Of a stretch of DNA of 64,000 nucleotides, positions 9,120 to 19,273 are shown one piece after another. Source of the DNA: an uncultured Candidatus Rokubacteria bacterium. GTDB taxonomy: Bacteria; Methylomirabilota; Methylomirabilia; Rokubacteriales; DASRDR01. Below the pieces are notes generated by a model. It saw only the letters and a program-made list of their open reading frames with translations, was not told where the DNA came from and searched no databases. The stretch covers positions 1 to 64,000 of the forward strand of contig CAWDVE010000012.1 of assembly GCA_963805625.1 (NCBI GenBank), written 5' to 3'. Within the stretch, counting starts at the first letter, position 1. The number at the start of each line of letters is the position of its first letter. Position numbers and translations under genes: made by a program.

Positions 9120-11501
9120 TCATTCGGTGATGCCGTGATCGCGGAGGAGCTTCCAGACCTTCGCCGGCGTGATGGGGATGTCCACGTGGCGCACGCCGAG
9201 ATGCCAGAGCGCATCCACGACCGCGTTCGCGATCGCCGCCGGCGCGCCGACCGTCGCCGACTCCCCGACCCCCTTCGCGCCGAGCGGATGGTGGGGCGAC
9301 GGGGTGATGGTGTGCCCCGTCTCCCATCGCGGCGTCTCCACCGCCGTGGGGAGGAGGTAGTCGACGAAGCTCCCGCCCCGGACGTTCCCCCCCTCGTCGT
9401 AGGAGATCTCCTCGTAGAGCGCGGGGGCGAGCCCCATCGTGAGCCCGCCGTGCACCTGCCCCTGGACGATCATCGGGTTGATGATGTTGCCGCAGTCGTC
9501 GATGGCCACGAAGCGGCGGATCTTGACCTCGCCCGTCCCCCGGTCGATGTCCACCACGCAGATGTAGCTCCCGAAGGGATAGGTAAGGTTCGGGGGATCG
9601 TAGTAGGACACCGCCTCGAGCCCCGCCTCCATGCCCTGGGGGTGATTGGTGTACGCCGCGAATGCGATCTCCTGGATCGTCTTCGCCCGGCTGGGCGCGC
9701 CCTTCACCGAGAACTTCCCGGGCTCCCAGACGAGGTCCTCCTCGGCAACCTCGAGGAGGTGGGCCGCGATCTTCCGTGCCTTGTCCCGGACCTTCCGCGC
9801 CGCGACGGCGGCCGCCGCGCCTGCGACGGGGGTCGAGCGGCTGGCGTAGGTCCCGAGCCCGTAGGGGGCGGTGTCCGTGTCCCCTTCCTCGATCTGGATG
9901 TGGGCCGCCGGGATCCCGAGCTCCTCGGCCAGGATCTGGGCGTAGGTCGTCTCGTGGCCCTGGCCCTGGGACTTGGTCCCGAAGCGGGCGATGGCCTTGC
10001 CCGTCGGGTGGATCCGGATCTCGCAGCTATCGAACATCTTGAGCCCGAGGATGTCGAAGTGCTTCGACGGGCCGGCGCCCACGATCTCGGTGAAGCTCGA
10101 GATGCCGATCCCCATCAGCTCGCCCCGCGCGCGCTTCTCCGTCTGCTCGCGCCGGAGGGCCGCGTACCCGATCGTCTCCATCGCCTTGTGGAGAGCCCCG
10201 GCGTAGTTGCCGCTGTCGTACTCCCAGCCGAGGGCCGACTTGTAGGGAAACTGCTCCGGCTTGATGAAGTTCTTGAAGCGGAACTCCGCCGGATCGATCC
10301 CGAGCTGATGCGCCATCAGGTCCGCCATCCGCTCGATGGTGTGGACGGCCTCGGTGACGCGGAACGAGCACCGGTAGGCGATCCCGCCCGGCGGCTTGTT
10401 CGTGTAGACCCCGTCCACCTCGACGTGAGCGGCCTTCAGATCGTAGGAGCCCGTGCACACGTGGAAGAGTCCGGCCGGGAACTTCGACGGGTTCGCCGCC
10501 GCGTCGGCGTAGCCGTGGTCGGCGATGGTCTTGATGCGGAGGGCGGTGAGCTTCCCCTCCTTGGTCGCGGCGAGCTCGGCAGTGATGTGGTAGTCGCGGG
10601 CGAACGAGTCCGCCTGGAGGTTCTCCATCCGGTCCTCGATCCACTTCACGGGCTTGCCGGTGAGGACCGACGCCGCCACCGCGATGACGTAGCCGGGGTA
10701 CACTGGCACCTTGCCCCCGAACCCTCCGCCGATGTCGGGGGAGATGATCCGGATCTTGTGCTCCTCGAGCCCCACGTGCCCCGCCACCAGCGCGAAGACC
10801 GTGCGGATCGCGTGGGGGGCCTGCGTCGTCATCCAGACAGTCAGCTTCCCGGTGACCTTGTCGAAGTGGGCGACGCACCCGCACGTCTCGATGGAGGCGA
10901 CGTGGATGCGGGGCAGGTAGATGTCCTGCTTGACGGTGACGCCGGCCTCGCGGAACGCGCGGTCGGTCGCGGCCCGGTCGCCCCACTCCCAGTGCCAGAT
11001 GTGGTTGTCGCGCTTGTCCTTCTTGTCGGTGCGGAGCACGGGGGCGCCGGGCTCGAGCGCCTTCCGCGGGTCCACGACCACCGGGAGCGGCTCGTACTCC
11101 ACCTCGACCGCGTCGGCGCCGTCGGCCGCGATGTACCGCTCGGTCGCCAGGACCGCCGCGACCTCTTGGGCCTGGTACATCACCTTCTCCACCGGCAGCA
11201 CCATCTGGGTGTCCGACATGAGGGTCGGCATCCAGTGGAGGTTGTACTTGGCGAGGTCCTGGCCGGTGATGACCGCGAGGACGCCGGGGATCGCGAGCGC
11301 CTTGGACGTGTTGATCTTGATGATCTTCGCGTGCGCGTAGGGGCTCCGCACGATGTCGAGGTAGAGCATCCCGGGCAGCTGGACGTCGTCGACGTACGTC
11401 CCCTGGCCCCGGATGAAGCGCGGGTCCTCCTTGCGCTTGATCGAGTGGCCCATGCCCCCGACCTCGGGTGACGTGCGCGGGGTGTGCTCGGACGCCATCA
11501 T
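9120..11501 (-). CDS. coxL: Aerobic [MoCu] carbon monoxide dehydrogenase large subunit, form I
   Basis: Molybdopterin hydroxylase motifs (GGGFGGK, GQGHETT, GAKGVGES) and the form I active-site motif AYRCSFR. Confidence 0.96.
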   Translation of the reverse strand: MMASEHTPRTSPEVGGMGHSIKRKEDPRFIRGQGTYVDDVQLPGMLYLDIVRSPYAHAKIIKINTSKALAIPGVLAVITGQDLAKYNLHWMPTLMSDTQMVLPVEKVMYQAQEVAAVLATERYIAADGADAVEVEYEPLPVVVDPRKALEPGAPVLRTDKKDKRDNHIWHWEWGDRAATDRAFREAGVTVKQDIYLPRIHVASIETCGCVAHFDKVTGKLTVWMTTQAPHAIRTVFALVAGHVGLEEHKIRIISPDIGGGFGGKVPVYPGYVIAVAASVLTGKPVKWIEDRMENLQADSFARDYHITAELAATKEGKLTALRIKTIADHGYADAAANPSKFPAGLFHVCTGSYDLKAAHVEVDGVYTNKPPGGIAYRCSFRVTEAVHTIERMADLMAHQLGIDPAEFRFKNFIKPEQFPYKSALGWEYDSGNYAGALHKAMETIGYAALRREQTEKRARGELMGIGISSFTEIVGAGPSKHFDILGLKMFDSCEIRIHPTGKAIARFGTKSQGQGHETTYAQILAEELGIPAAHIQIEEGDTDTAPYGLGTYASRSTPVAGAAAAVAARKVRDKARKIAAHLLEVAEEDLVWEPGKFSVKGAPSRAKTIQEIAFAAYTNHPQGMEAGLEAVSYYDPPNLTYPFGSYICVVDIDRGTGEVKIRRFVAIDDCGNIINPMIVQGQVHGGLTMGLAPALYEEISYDEGGNVRGGSFVDYLLPTAVETPRWETGHTITPSPHHPLGAKGVGESATVGAPAAIANAVVDALWHLGVRHVDIPITPAKVWKLLRDHGITE

Positions 11502-11508
11502 GGCCCTC

Positions 11509-11982
11509 CTAACCAGCCGGGGCGGCCAGCCGGGCCGCCGCGTGCTGGATGGCCTTGACGATGTTGACGTAGCCCGTGCAGCGGCAGAGGTTCCCGGAGA
11601 TCGCGTGGCGGATCTCGTCCTCGCTCGGGCGGGGGTGCTGCCGGAGGAACGCGTAGCTCGTCATCAGCATGCCCGGGGTGCAGTAGCCGCACTGGAGGCC
11701 GTGCTCCTGCATGAACCCCTCCTGGACCGGGTCGAGCTTGCCGTCCTGCTCGAGCCCCTCGACCGTCATGACGGTCCGGCCGTCGGCCTGGACGGCGAAG
11801 ACCGTGCACGACTTCACCGGCCGGCCGTCGAGGAGGACGGTGCAGGCCCCGCAGTGCGTCGTGTCGCACCCGATGTGCGTCCCGGTGAGGCGGAACACCT
11901 CCCGGATCAGGTGGACCAGCAGCAGCCGGGGCTCGACGTCGGCGTCGCGCCGCTCGCCGTTGACCGTGACGCCCACGCGCAT
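11509..11982 (-). CDS. coxS: CODH small (2x[2Fe-2S]) subunit
   Basis: [28 protein letters not shown]. Confidence 0.95.
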   Translation of the reverse strand: MRVGVTVNGERRDADVEPRLLLVHLIREVFRLTGTHIGCDTTHCGACTVLLDGRPVKSCTVFAVQADGRTVMTVEGLEQDGKLDPVQEGFMQEHGLQCGYCTPGMLMTSYAFLRQHPRPSEDEIRHAISGNLCRCTGYVNIVKAIQHAAARLAAPAG

Positions 11983-12035
11983 CCGGACCTCCTTGTGATC
12001 GCCCGGGCGCCGGCCCCTCGCCGGCGCCCCGTCGT

Positions 12036-12911
12036 TCAGTGGCTCGCGCCCGCGCGCTCCAGGGCGCGGCGAAGAGCCCGGGCGGTCAGCACCCGGACCA
12101 GGTCGCGCTTGTACTCCACCGACCCGCGGAGATCCGCCGCCGGATCGCTCTCCTCGGCCGCGACCCGCGCGGTCTCCCGGATCGCCGCGTCATCCACGCG
12201 GTGCCCGCGGAGCACCGCCTCGGCGCGGCGGGCCTTGATCGGCGTCGGTCCGACGTTGGTGAGGCCGATCCCCGCGTGCGTGCAGACGTCGCCACCGGCC
12301 AGCGTGAGCTGAACGCCGACCGCCGCCGTCGCGAAGTCCCCGACCTTCCGCTCCATCTTGAGATACGCGCCCCCCGAGCGGGAGGGCGGGAGCGGGATCC
12401 GGATCTCCGTGAGGATCTCGCCCGGGCCGAGGGCGGTGGTGAGGGGCCCCGTGAAGAGCTCCGCCACCGGGATGCGCCGCGACCCGCTCGGCCCCGCCGC
12501 GACGACCCCGGCCTCGAGTGCCAGCATGACGGCCGCGTGATCGTTGGCGGGATCCCCGTGAGCGAGGTTCCCCCCGACCGTGGCCAGGTTGCGGACGAGC
12601 GGATCGGCGATCACCCGGCAGGCGTCGGCGAGGATGGGGAGCCGCCGTCGCATGAGGTCGGATGCCTCGAGCTCCGATTCACGGACGAGCGCGCCGATCA
12701 CGAGGGCGCCGTCCCGCTCGGCGATCTCCCCGAGCCCCGGAATCTTGTTGAGGTCGACGACGTGGCGCGGCGAGGCGAGCCGGAGCTTCATCAGCGGGAG
12801 GAGACTCTGACCGCCCGCGAGCACCTTCGCATCCTCGCCGAGGCGACCGAGGAGCGCCACGGCGTCCTCGAGGGTGGAGGGGCGATGATACTCGAAGGCC
12901 GCAGGAATCAT
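12036..12911 (-). CDS. coxM: CODH medium (FAD-binding) subunit
   Basis: [39 protein letters not shown]. Confidence 0.95.
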   Translation of the reverse strand: MIPAAFEYHRPSTLEDAVALLGRLGEDAKVLAGGQSLLPLMKLRLASPRHVVDLNKIPGLGEIAERDGALVIGALVRESELEASDLMRRRLPILADACRVIADPLVRNLATVGGNLAHGDPANDHAAVMLALEAGVVAAGPSGSRRIPVAELFTGPLTTALGPGEILTEIRIPLPPSRSGGAYLKMERKVGDFATAAVGVQLTLAGGDVCTHAGIGLTNVGPTPIKARRAEAVLRGHRVDDAAIRETARVAAEESDPAADLRGSVEYKRDLVRVLTARALRRALERAGASH

Positions 12912-12981
12912 GCTCGTCCCTCCCAGGGCGGGCGATCAGGGGACCGGGGAGCGGGGCCGATGGCCGGCTGCCCGGGCCCTG

Positions 12982-13010
12982 ATACTAGGATCCGCTCCCG
13001 GGGGTGTCAA
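12982..13010 (-). promoter_or_regulatory. sigma70 promoter of the cox operon
   Basis: TTGACA-17 bp-TAGTAT, about 70 bp upstream of coxM. Confidence 0.75.
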
Positions 13011-13300
13011 GCGAAGGCCCGGGCCCGCGGGGGGGCGGGCCTCGCCCTCCCTCCGGCCGGACGGTGGATCAGACGCGGAGGAGCACGGGAGACGGCCGCC
13101 GGGCAAGCCGGTCGCACCCCGGCGGTCGACCCTCGCGCGGCGCGCCGCGAGCCGCTGCTCCCGCGTGAGGGGCAGGCAGGCTGGTCCACCCTGCCGCGGC
13201 GCCCGTCGCAGGTTGGTCCAGCACCCGGGGCCAGTCCTCGGGGAACACGGGCAGGCGCGCCTCACCGGCCGCCCCTCGGCCCCTCCGGGCCCCCGAGGCC

Positions 13301-14314
13301 TCAGCCGGCGAGCGCGCGATACAGCTCTCGGTGGGCGACGACGAGCTCCTCCTGCGAGAAGTCCCGCCTGCCCGCCTCGGCGGCGCGCGCCCGGTACGCC
13401 GCGTAGTTTTGCCGGAGCTGCCGGATGGCCTCGAGGAGGTCGGGGGCCCGAAGGCGGGGCACGACGCGACCACACCCGGTGTCCCGAACGTACTCGGCCA
13501 TTGGATTCCCATCGCTCACCACCACCGGCCGGCCCGCGGCGAGGGCCTCCAGGAGCGAGTGGGGATACGCCTTGACGAGCCCCGGGTGCCCGGCGAGCAC
13601 GGCAGCGGCGTGGACCCGGGTCAGCACCCGGCTCACGTCCACCCGGTCGCGCAGGATCTCGACCCGGTCCGACAGCTCGAGTCTTCCGACGCGCGCCACG
13701 AGCTCCGGGAGCAGCACGCCGCGCCAGAGGAACACCAGCCGGAGGTCGCGCAGCGCGCGCGCGGCCTCGAGCAGGACGTCCACCCCCTTGCTGCGGAACT
13801 GGCTGCGCGTCCAGGGCGCGGACCCGGACAGCAGGACGAACTCCGGCCCGGGCGGCGCCGGCGCGTCGACGAAGCGGGTCGCGTCGATGCCCGGGCGGAT
13901 CAGGTGGGCGTTCCGGAGGCCACGTCGGGTCAGGGCGTCCAGGTCGACGCGGCTCGGCACGACGATCGCGCGGAGCCGCCGCAGGAATGACGTGGGCGGC
14001 ATCCGGCCGGCCGGACCCACGCCCGCGGTGACCGTGTAGACGACCGGCCGCTTCAGAAACCACAGGAGCGGCAACAGGTAGAGCTGGGGGGCGTAGACGT
14101 GGTGAAGGTCGACGTGGCGGTCCCGCTGCCGGATGGCACCAAGACGGTGGAGCCCGAGGAGCGGGCGCGGGTATCGGGCCCGCGCCCGCCACGCGGGGCG
14201 CAGCCAGATCACCTCGCCGCCGAAGCGCGCGCGCAGGAGCTCCACCTCCTGCACGACGGCGTCGCTCCCGGGAACGATCGGCGGCGGCGTCGTGAGGAGG
14301 TAGAGGATCCTCAC
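13301..14314 (-). CDS. Glycosyltransferase family 4 (GT-B)
   Basis: RILYL N-terminus, KGVDVLLEAA, YPHSLLEALAAGRPVVVS. The GTG start overlaps the upstream TGA. Confidence 0.85.
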   Translation of the reverse strand: MRILYLLTTPPPIVPGSDAVVQEVELLRARFGGEVIWLRPAWRARARYPRPLLGLHRLGAIRQRDRHVDLHHVYAPQLYLLPLLWFLKRPVVYTVTAGVGPAGRMPPTSFLRRLRAIVVPSRVDLDALTRRGLRNAHLIRPGIDATRFVDAPAPPGPEFVLLSGSAPWTRSQFRSKGVDVLLEAARALRDLRLVFLWRGVLLPELVARVGRLELSDRVEILRDRVDVSRVLTRVHAAAVLAGHPGLVKAYPHSLLEALAAGRPVVVSDGNPMAEYVRDTGCGRVVPRLRAPDLLEAIRQLRQNYAAYRARAAEAGRRDFSQEELVVAHRELYRALAG

Positions 14315-15324
14315 GACCACAACCGTGCCAGCCGGTGGCGAAGGAGCACGCGGAGGGGGGGCTCGCGCATCCGGTTCGTGAGCAGCGGGTCGAGCTTGGC
14401 GACGTCGATCCGGCGCGCCGCCCGCACCCGCCGCCGCTCCCGCCAGACGTGGGGAACGCAGGGCAAGATCGACGCATACCCGGCCAGACTGGCCCAGGGC
14501 CGCCGGTACGCGATCAGGAAGTACAGCTGTCCATAGAGGAGCTGCGGCAGGTGCCGGAGCAGGAGCGACAGCGGCACGTTCTTCGCGAAGAGCATCAACC
14601 GGTTCCGCGTGACTAGGCGGATGTAGTCCGCGCGGGGAAGCGCGCTCCCCTGGCCCTTGTGCAGCACCTCGGCCGCCGGCTCGAAGACGTAGCGGTATCC
14701 GAGCAGTCGCCCCCGGAGACTGAGGTCGATGTCCTCCAGATAGGCGAAGAAGCGCTCGTCGAACCCCCGGACGGCCTCCAGGAACGCCCGGCGGTAGAGC
14801 GCCGCGCCGGCGCACACCGAGAACACCTCGCCCCGGTGGGTGAACTGGGACGCGGGCTCGCCGTGTCCCAGCTTCTCGGCCGCACCCGTCCACGACAGCG
14901 CGTCACCCGCGTCGTCGATGCGGCTTGGATCGTCCAGGGACAGCATCCTCGACGCGACCGCGCCCGTGTCCGCGGGACTCTGGTCGAGTGCGTGGACGAG
15001 CGCGGCCAGCCACCCCGGCCTGGCGACCGTGTCGGTGTTCAGCAGCGCCACGTACTCGCCGCGGGCGGCGCGGATGCCGGTGTTCACCGCGGCGGCGAAC
15101 CCCGTGTTGCGACCCAACGCGATCACGCGGATGTGGGCGTAGCGCTCCCGGAGGAGGGGGACCGAGCCGTCGGTCGAGCCGTTGTCGACCAGCAGCACCT
15201 CGCTGTCCCGGAAGGTCTGCGCCGCCAGCGCATCGAGACACCCGGGCAGCCAGCCAACGCCGTTGTAGTTGGGGATCACCACCGAGACGCGAGGCCGGAC
15301 GGCGCTAGGCGAGGATCCGCTCAT
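14311..15324 (-). CDS. Glycosyltransferase family 2
   Basis: VSVVIPNYNG, VDNGSTDGS, LLNTDT, FFAYLEDIDL. Confidence 0.92.
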   Translation of the reverse strand: MSGSSPSAVRPRVSVVIPNYNGVGWLPGCLDALAAQTFRDSEVLLVDNGSTDGSVPLLRERYAHIRVIALGRNTGFAAAVNTGIRAARGEYVALLNTDTVARPGWLAALVHALDQSPADTGAVASRMLSLDDPSRIDDAGDALSWTGAAEKLGHGEPASQFTHRGEVFSVCAGAALYRRAFLEAVRGFDERFFAYLEDIDLSLRGRLLGYRYVFEPAAEVLHKGQGSALPRADYIRLVTRNRLMLFAKNVPLSLLLRHLPQLLYGQLYFLIAYRRPWASLAGYASILPCVPHVWRERRRVRAARRIDVAKLDPLLTNRMREPPLRVLLRHRLARLWS

Positions 15325-16195
15325 TCTGTCCTCCGAAGCGTCCCCGGAGGCCGTCGACCACGCTCAGCACGGCGGCCCGCGCGCGTCTCCGGTTGCCCCG
15401 GCAGAGCGCCGCCAGGGCGGTGAGGGCGGCCCGCCCGATCCAGCGCGCGCCGAACCAGACCCGCCACCGGGGATAGTGCTTGCGGACGAACAGGAACCGG
15501 TTGCGAAAGATGTAGTAGAGGTGCAGGATCTGGCGATCCGGGGACGAGCGGTCCAGGTCGTGCAGCGCGCGCGCCCGAGGGTCCGTCACCGACCGGAAGC
15601 CGCACAGCCGGGCCCGGTGGCACAGGTCGGCCATCTCGCCGCCGAAGAAGTAGTCCTCGTCCAGGAGGCCGACCTGCTCGAACACCTGTCGCTTGACGAG
15701 CGCGATCGTGCCGGGCACGTAGTCGACGTCGAGCTGCGCCGTCGGCGGCTCCCGCAGCCGGAGGTGCGTGACCCCGTGTCGCGCGATGTCGCGCCCCCCG
15801 GCGGAGACGCACCGCCCCTGGTGCCACACGGTCGGCCCGACCACGCCGATCGCCGGATCCGACCCGAGCGTCGCCAGCATCGCCGCGACGCTCGACGCAT
15901 CCACGGACGCATCGTTGTTGAGCAGAAGGACCGCGTCGGCGCCGCTGTCGAGCGCGGCCTCGATCCCCAGGTTGCTGCCGCCTCCGAAGCCCCGGTTGGT
16001 CGGGCTCTGTACCACGTGCACGTCGGGGAACTCGCGCCGGACCGGCTCGATCCCGGGCGGTCGTGAGCCGTTGTCCACCACCCAGATCGCCGGCCGGCCG
16101 ACGAGGCCCGTCGGTTCCCAGGCCTGGACCGATCGGAGACACGCCGCCGTGTCCTGGGCCGCGTTCCAGTTGAGGATGACCAGGGAGAGCTTCAT
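15305..16195 (-). CDS. Glycosyltransferase family 2 (rhamnosyltransferase-like)
   Basis: LVILNWN, VVDNGS, LLLNND, GLLDEDYFFGGE. Confidence 0.9.
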   Translation of the reverse strand: MKLSLVILNWNAAQDTAACLRSVQAWEPTGLVGRPAIWVVDNGSRPPGIEPVRREFPDVHVVQSPTNRGFGGGSNLGIEAALDSGADAVLLLNNDASVDASSVAAMLATLGSDPAIGVVGPTVWHQGRCVSAGGRDIARHGVTHLRLREPPTAQLDVDYVPGTIALVKRQVFEQVGLLDEDYFFGGEMADLCHRARLCGFRSVTDPRARALHDLDRSSPDRQILHLYYIFRNRFLFVRKHYPRWRVWFGARWIGRAALTALAALCRGNRRRARAAVLSVVDGLRGRFGGQNERILA

Positions 16196-16445
16196 CGGTG
16201 CCGTGGATCGGCCGTCGAGCGGCCGGCCCCGTCGTCGAGGGCCCGAGCGCTGCCAGCAAGCGATTCGTCTCGGCGGCGCGGCTCGCCCCGGTCGCGGCGA
16301 GGACCGCTCAGGGTCTCACTCGCTCGGCCGGCGCCGACAGCACGGAGCCCGGGAGAGACCACGCGCGGGAACACCGGACGCGCCCATGTGCGCCCGTATT
16401 ATATATTTGCGGGCGTTGACGCCGCGCACCGGGCGCCGACGGCCC

Positions 16446-16709
16446 ATGTCGAGACGGTCGCGTCGGGAGGCTCGAGTGCCCCGGTCGACCCCGAGCTGTA
16501 CGCGCTCCGGCCCTGGTACCACGACTTCAGCGCGCTGGGGTTCGATACGACCTTCCTGAGGGTGCCCCTCACCCCCGCGGAGCGGCTCCGTCGAGCGTAC
16601 GAGGTCGAGGGCGCCGTGCTCGCGCGGGCCTGGCGAGGCACACGCACCACACCCATCCCCCGGGAGCGCGCCCGCTCGCCCCGGGAGGTACTCCGGCGCG
16701 TGCCCTCGC
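16446..16709 (+). pseudogene. Frameshifted, truncated 5' copy of the methyltransferase domain at 18099-18971
   Basis: 16452-16709 matches 18099-18357 with 9 substitutions and one 1-bp indel (manual alignment). It begins at an ATG (16446). Confidence 0.85.
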
Positions 16710-16871
16710 AGCGTTTCTCGCATGCGTCCGGGACCGCCGCACGCCGGCCGACGGATGCCTCGCATATAATCGGCGCATGATACTCCGCCCCTCGAGTGGC
16801 GAGACGTTAAGACCAACGAGGGGTGGCGCCCGCGACGGGCACGAGAATCCATCCGCAGTGAAGCACGCACG

Positions 16872-18971
16872 GTGACGACGGTCTGCCGTGGGCTCGCTCG
16901 GTGGTTCGAAGGCAGACGCCTCGGGCTGTTGCTGGCCGCTGCCGTTGCCGGGTTCGCGCTGGCCGGCGTCGCGCAGACGTGGACCGACCTGGGCCAACCC
17001 TACTGGTACAGATGGCCCCCGCGGGACGACTACGAGGAGTACCACTACTACGCGGTCGACGTCCTCGAGCACGGCCTCGCGATGCCAGCCAGCCCGGCAC
17101 CCTACACCAGGCCGGCAGGCTTCCTGTTCATCTACTTCGTCGCGCTCTGCTATTGGCTGTTCGGCGTGCATCCGCCGGTGGTGTTCGTCGTGCAGTCCGC
17201 GATGCTGGGCGGGTCGGTCGCGCTCCTGTTCCTGGCATTCAGGCGCGGCCTCGCCTGGCCGGCGCAGGTCCTGCTGCTGGGCGGCCTGGCCGGCTTCGCG
17301 TTCCTCGACATGGGGCGCCAGTACGCCCTGCAGCTGTTCTCGGAGAACCTGGTCATCTTGGAGCTGGCCCTGTTCTGCTACCTGGTCCGCCTAGGCTTCG
17401 TCGACAACCGGCGAGGGGCGCGGGTCCCGGCGCTCGCGGTCCTGGGCACGATCCCGCTAACGCGGCCAAACGCACTGCTCTTCGTGCCCGGTGTACTCGC
17501 CTGGCTGGCGATCCGCCGGCGAGGACACGGATTCTGGCGCGACTTCGCGCTGGGGATCGTGGCCCTAGCGGCCGTGTTCAGCCTGATGGGTCTTCGCAAC
17601 CACGCGGCGGGCGGCGGGTGGGTCATGTTCACGCCAACCATGTGGTACAACCTCGATGTCCCTGGCTACGGGTACCAGCTGCCCGGGGCCGAGGCGGTGC
17701 TCGGGCCAGTGGATCGCCACGAGGGGGGACTCGCGGTGGCGTGGCTGGCCGCGCACGCGGTATGGCACGATCCCATCCGGGTCGTCCCGGAGTACGCGCG
17801 GCGGGTCCTGTTCATCGCGGGGTTCCTCCCCCTTGGCCATCCCGACTTCCGCTACCGGCCTCACTGGATGCTCATGTGGGGGGCGTTCGTCGCGGCGCTC
17901 GTCTGGCGGATCGCGCGAGGGATGCCGTTGGGGCCGATGGTCGAGTGGCTGCTCATCTGGTTGGTGCTCTACCTCGGGCCCCTGGTGGTGATGTCGTCGA
18001 TCTCCAACTACGGCTTCCGCTACGTCGTGCCCGGCGTGCTCCCCGCGGTTTCGGGCGCCGTCGTGCTCCTCGTCGCGCCACGCGTCGAGCTGCGTCCAAG
18101 ACGGTCGCGTCGGGAGGCTCGAGTGCCCCAGGTCGACCCCCAGCTGTACGCGCTCCGGCCCTGGTACCACGACTTCAGCGCGCTGGGGTTCGATACGACC
18201 TTCCTGGGGGTGCCCCTCACCCCCGCGGAGCGGCTCCGTCGGGCGTACGAGGTCGTGGGCGCCGTGCTCGCGCGGGCCTGGCGAGGGACGCGCACCACGC
18301 CCGTCCCCCGGGAGCGCGCCCGCTCGCCCCGGGAGGTGCTCCGGCGCGTGCCCTCGCCCCATCTGCTCAATCAGCCGGTCAAGGAGCGCCATGTGATGCG
18401 CCTCGTGGACCGAGCGCTGTCGGCTCTCGGCCCCGGTCCCGACTGCCTGGAGCTCTTCAGCGCCGACGGGTACTACAGCTGCCGCATCAACACGCGCTCA
18501 CCCCAGGCGCGGGTGACCGGCGTGGAGCTCGACTCCGAGCAGGTCCGGCGCGCCGAGACCATCGCGCGACGCCTGGGGCTCGACAGCGTGCGCTTCTGCC
18601 GGGCCGACGTGTGGACGTTCCTCGAGCGGTCGGTCGAGGCCTACGACCTCGTGCTGTGCGCGGGCGGCCTGTACCACGTGAGCGACCCGGCGCGGCTGCT
18701 GCGGGCCGTGCAGCGGGTCGCCCGCGGGTACCTCGTGGCGCAGAGCGTGGTGACGCTCGAGACCGAGGACCGGGACTACTTCGTGCAGCCGGCGAAGGGC
18801 TGGCAGCACGGGTGCCGATTCACCCACGGCTGGCTCCGGGCGCGGCTCGAGGAACTCGGCTGGCAGGTGCTGGAGGAGGCGCGAGCCGAGCTCCCGGGCA
18901 ACCCCCGGCCGCACGACCGGGGGTCGAGCTTCTTCCTGTGCCGGGCCCCGGGGGGACGAGCCAGCTCGTGA
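16872..18971 (+). CDS. Fusion of a GT-C-like multi-TM protein with a class I SAM methyltransferase
   Basis: About 400 aa of hydrophobic helices with a DD motif after TM1, SENL and TRPN motifs; then CLELFSADGYYS, VTGVELD, YDLVLCAGGLYHVSDP. Confidence 0.75.
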   Translation: MTTVCRGLARWFEGRRLGLLLAAAVAGFALAGVAQTWTDLGQPYWYRWPPRDDYEEYHYYAVDVLEHGLAMPASPAPYTRPAGFLFIYFVALCYWLFGVHPPVVFVVQSAMLGGSVALLFLAFRRGLAWPAQVLLLGGLAGFAFLDMGRQYALQLFSENLVILELALFCYLVRLGFVDNRRGARVPALAVLGTIPLTRPNALLFVPGVLAWLAIRRRGHGFWRDFALGIVALAAVFSLMGLRNHAAGGGWVMFTPTMWYNLDVPGYGYQLPGAEAVLGPVDRHEGGLAVAWLAAHAVWHDPIRVVPEYARRVLFIAGFLPLGHPDFRYRPHWMLMWGAFVAALVWRIARGMPLGPMVEWLLIWLVLYLGPLVVMSSISNYGFRYVVPGVLPAVSGAVVLLVAPRVELRPRRSRREARVPQVDPQLYALRPWYHDFSALGFDTTFLGVPLTPAERLRRAYEVVGAVLARAWRGTRTTPVPRERARSPREVLRRVPSPHLLNQPVKERHVMRLVDRALSALGPGPDCLELFSADGYYSCRINTRSPQARVTGVELDSEQVRRAETIARRLGLDSVRFCRADVWTFLERSVEAYDLVLCAGGLYHVSDPARLLRAVQRVARGYLVAQSVVTLETEDRDYFVQPAKGWQHGCRFTHGWLRARLEELGWQVLEEARAELPGNPRPHDRGSSFFLCRAPGGRASS

Positions 18972-19201
18972 CGCGCCTGCTCCAGGCCGCGCGGCGGGTC
19001 GCCCGCGCGTGTCTCGTGGCACAGAGGCGTCGGCACGCTCGGGACCGAGGGCCGGGACGACTTCGTGCAGCCGCCGAAGCCCTGGCAGCACGGTGCCGGC
19101 TCGGGCGCTCCGCGCCCGGCTCGCAGCGCTCCGTTGGGACGTCCTGGAGGCGGCGCGAGCCGGGTCACCGCGCAGCGGAACGCACGATCGGGGATTGAGC
19201 T
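18972..19201 (+). pseudogene. Degenerate tandem copy of the methyltransferase 3' part (18691-18931)
   Basis: Shared blocks such as GCGGGTCGCCCGCG, ACTTCGTGCAGCCG and CTGGCAGCACGG, with many indels. Confidence 0.8.
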
Positions 19202-19273
19202 TGGGCCGGCGGATCAGTGGTCGAGGCACCCTTGCCTGTGGCCGACGGTCGCGCCCTCCGTCGCCGCCGCCGG

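Noticed and set aside
8829-11471. 880-aa plus-strand ORF
   Set aside because: Antisense shadow of coxL, typical of high-GC DNA, with no motifs. The same applies to most overlapping Arg/Pro/Gly-rich ORFs in the track.
9120-11501. Form II CoxL or xanthine dehydrogenase
   Set aside because: The motif is AYRCSFR, not AYRGAGR, and the gene order is M-S-L.
16393-16413. AT-rich imperfect palindrome CCCGTATTATATATTTGCGGG as an operator
   Set aside because: Single occurrence. It is adequately explained as overlapping -10 elements of divergent promoters, and no regulator can be assigned.
16452-18357. Diversity-generating retroelement TR/VR pair: 7 of 9 substitutions fall where the upstream non-coding copy has A
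   Set aside because: Six of the seven are simple A/G transitions. There are also two C/G changes and an indel, the repeat is not AAC-rich or C-terminal, and no reverse transcriptase is in the window. Pseudogene decay is simpler; reconsider only if a DGR RT exists elsewhere in the genome.
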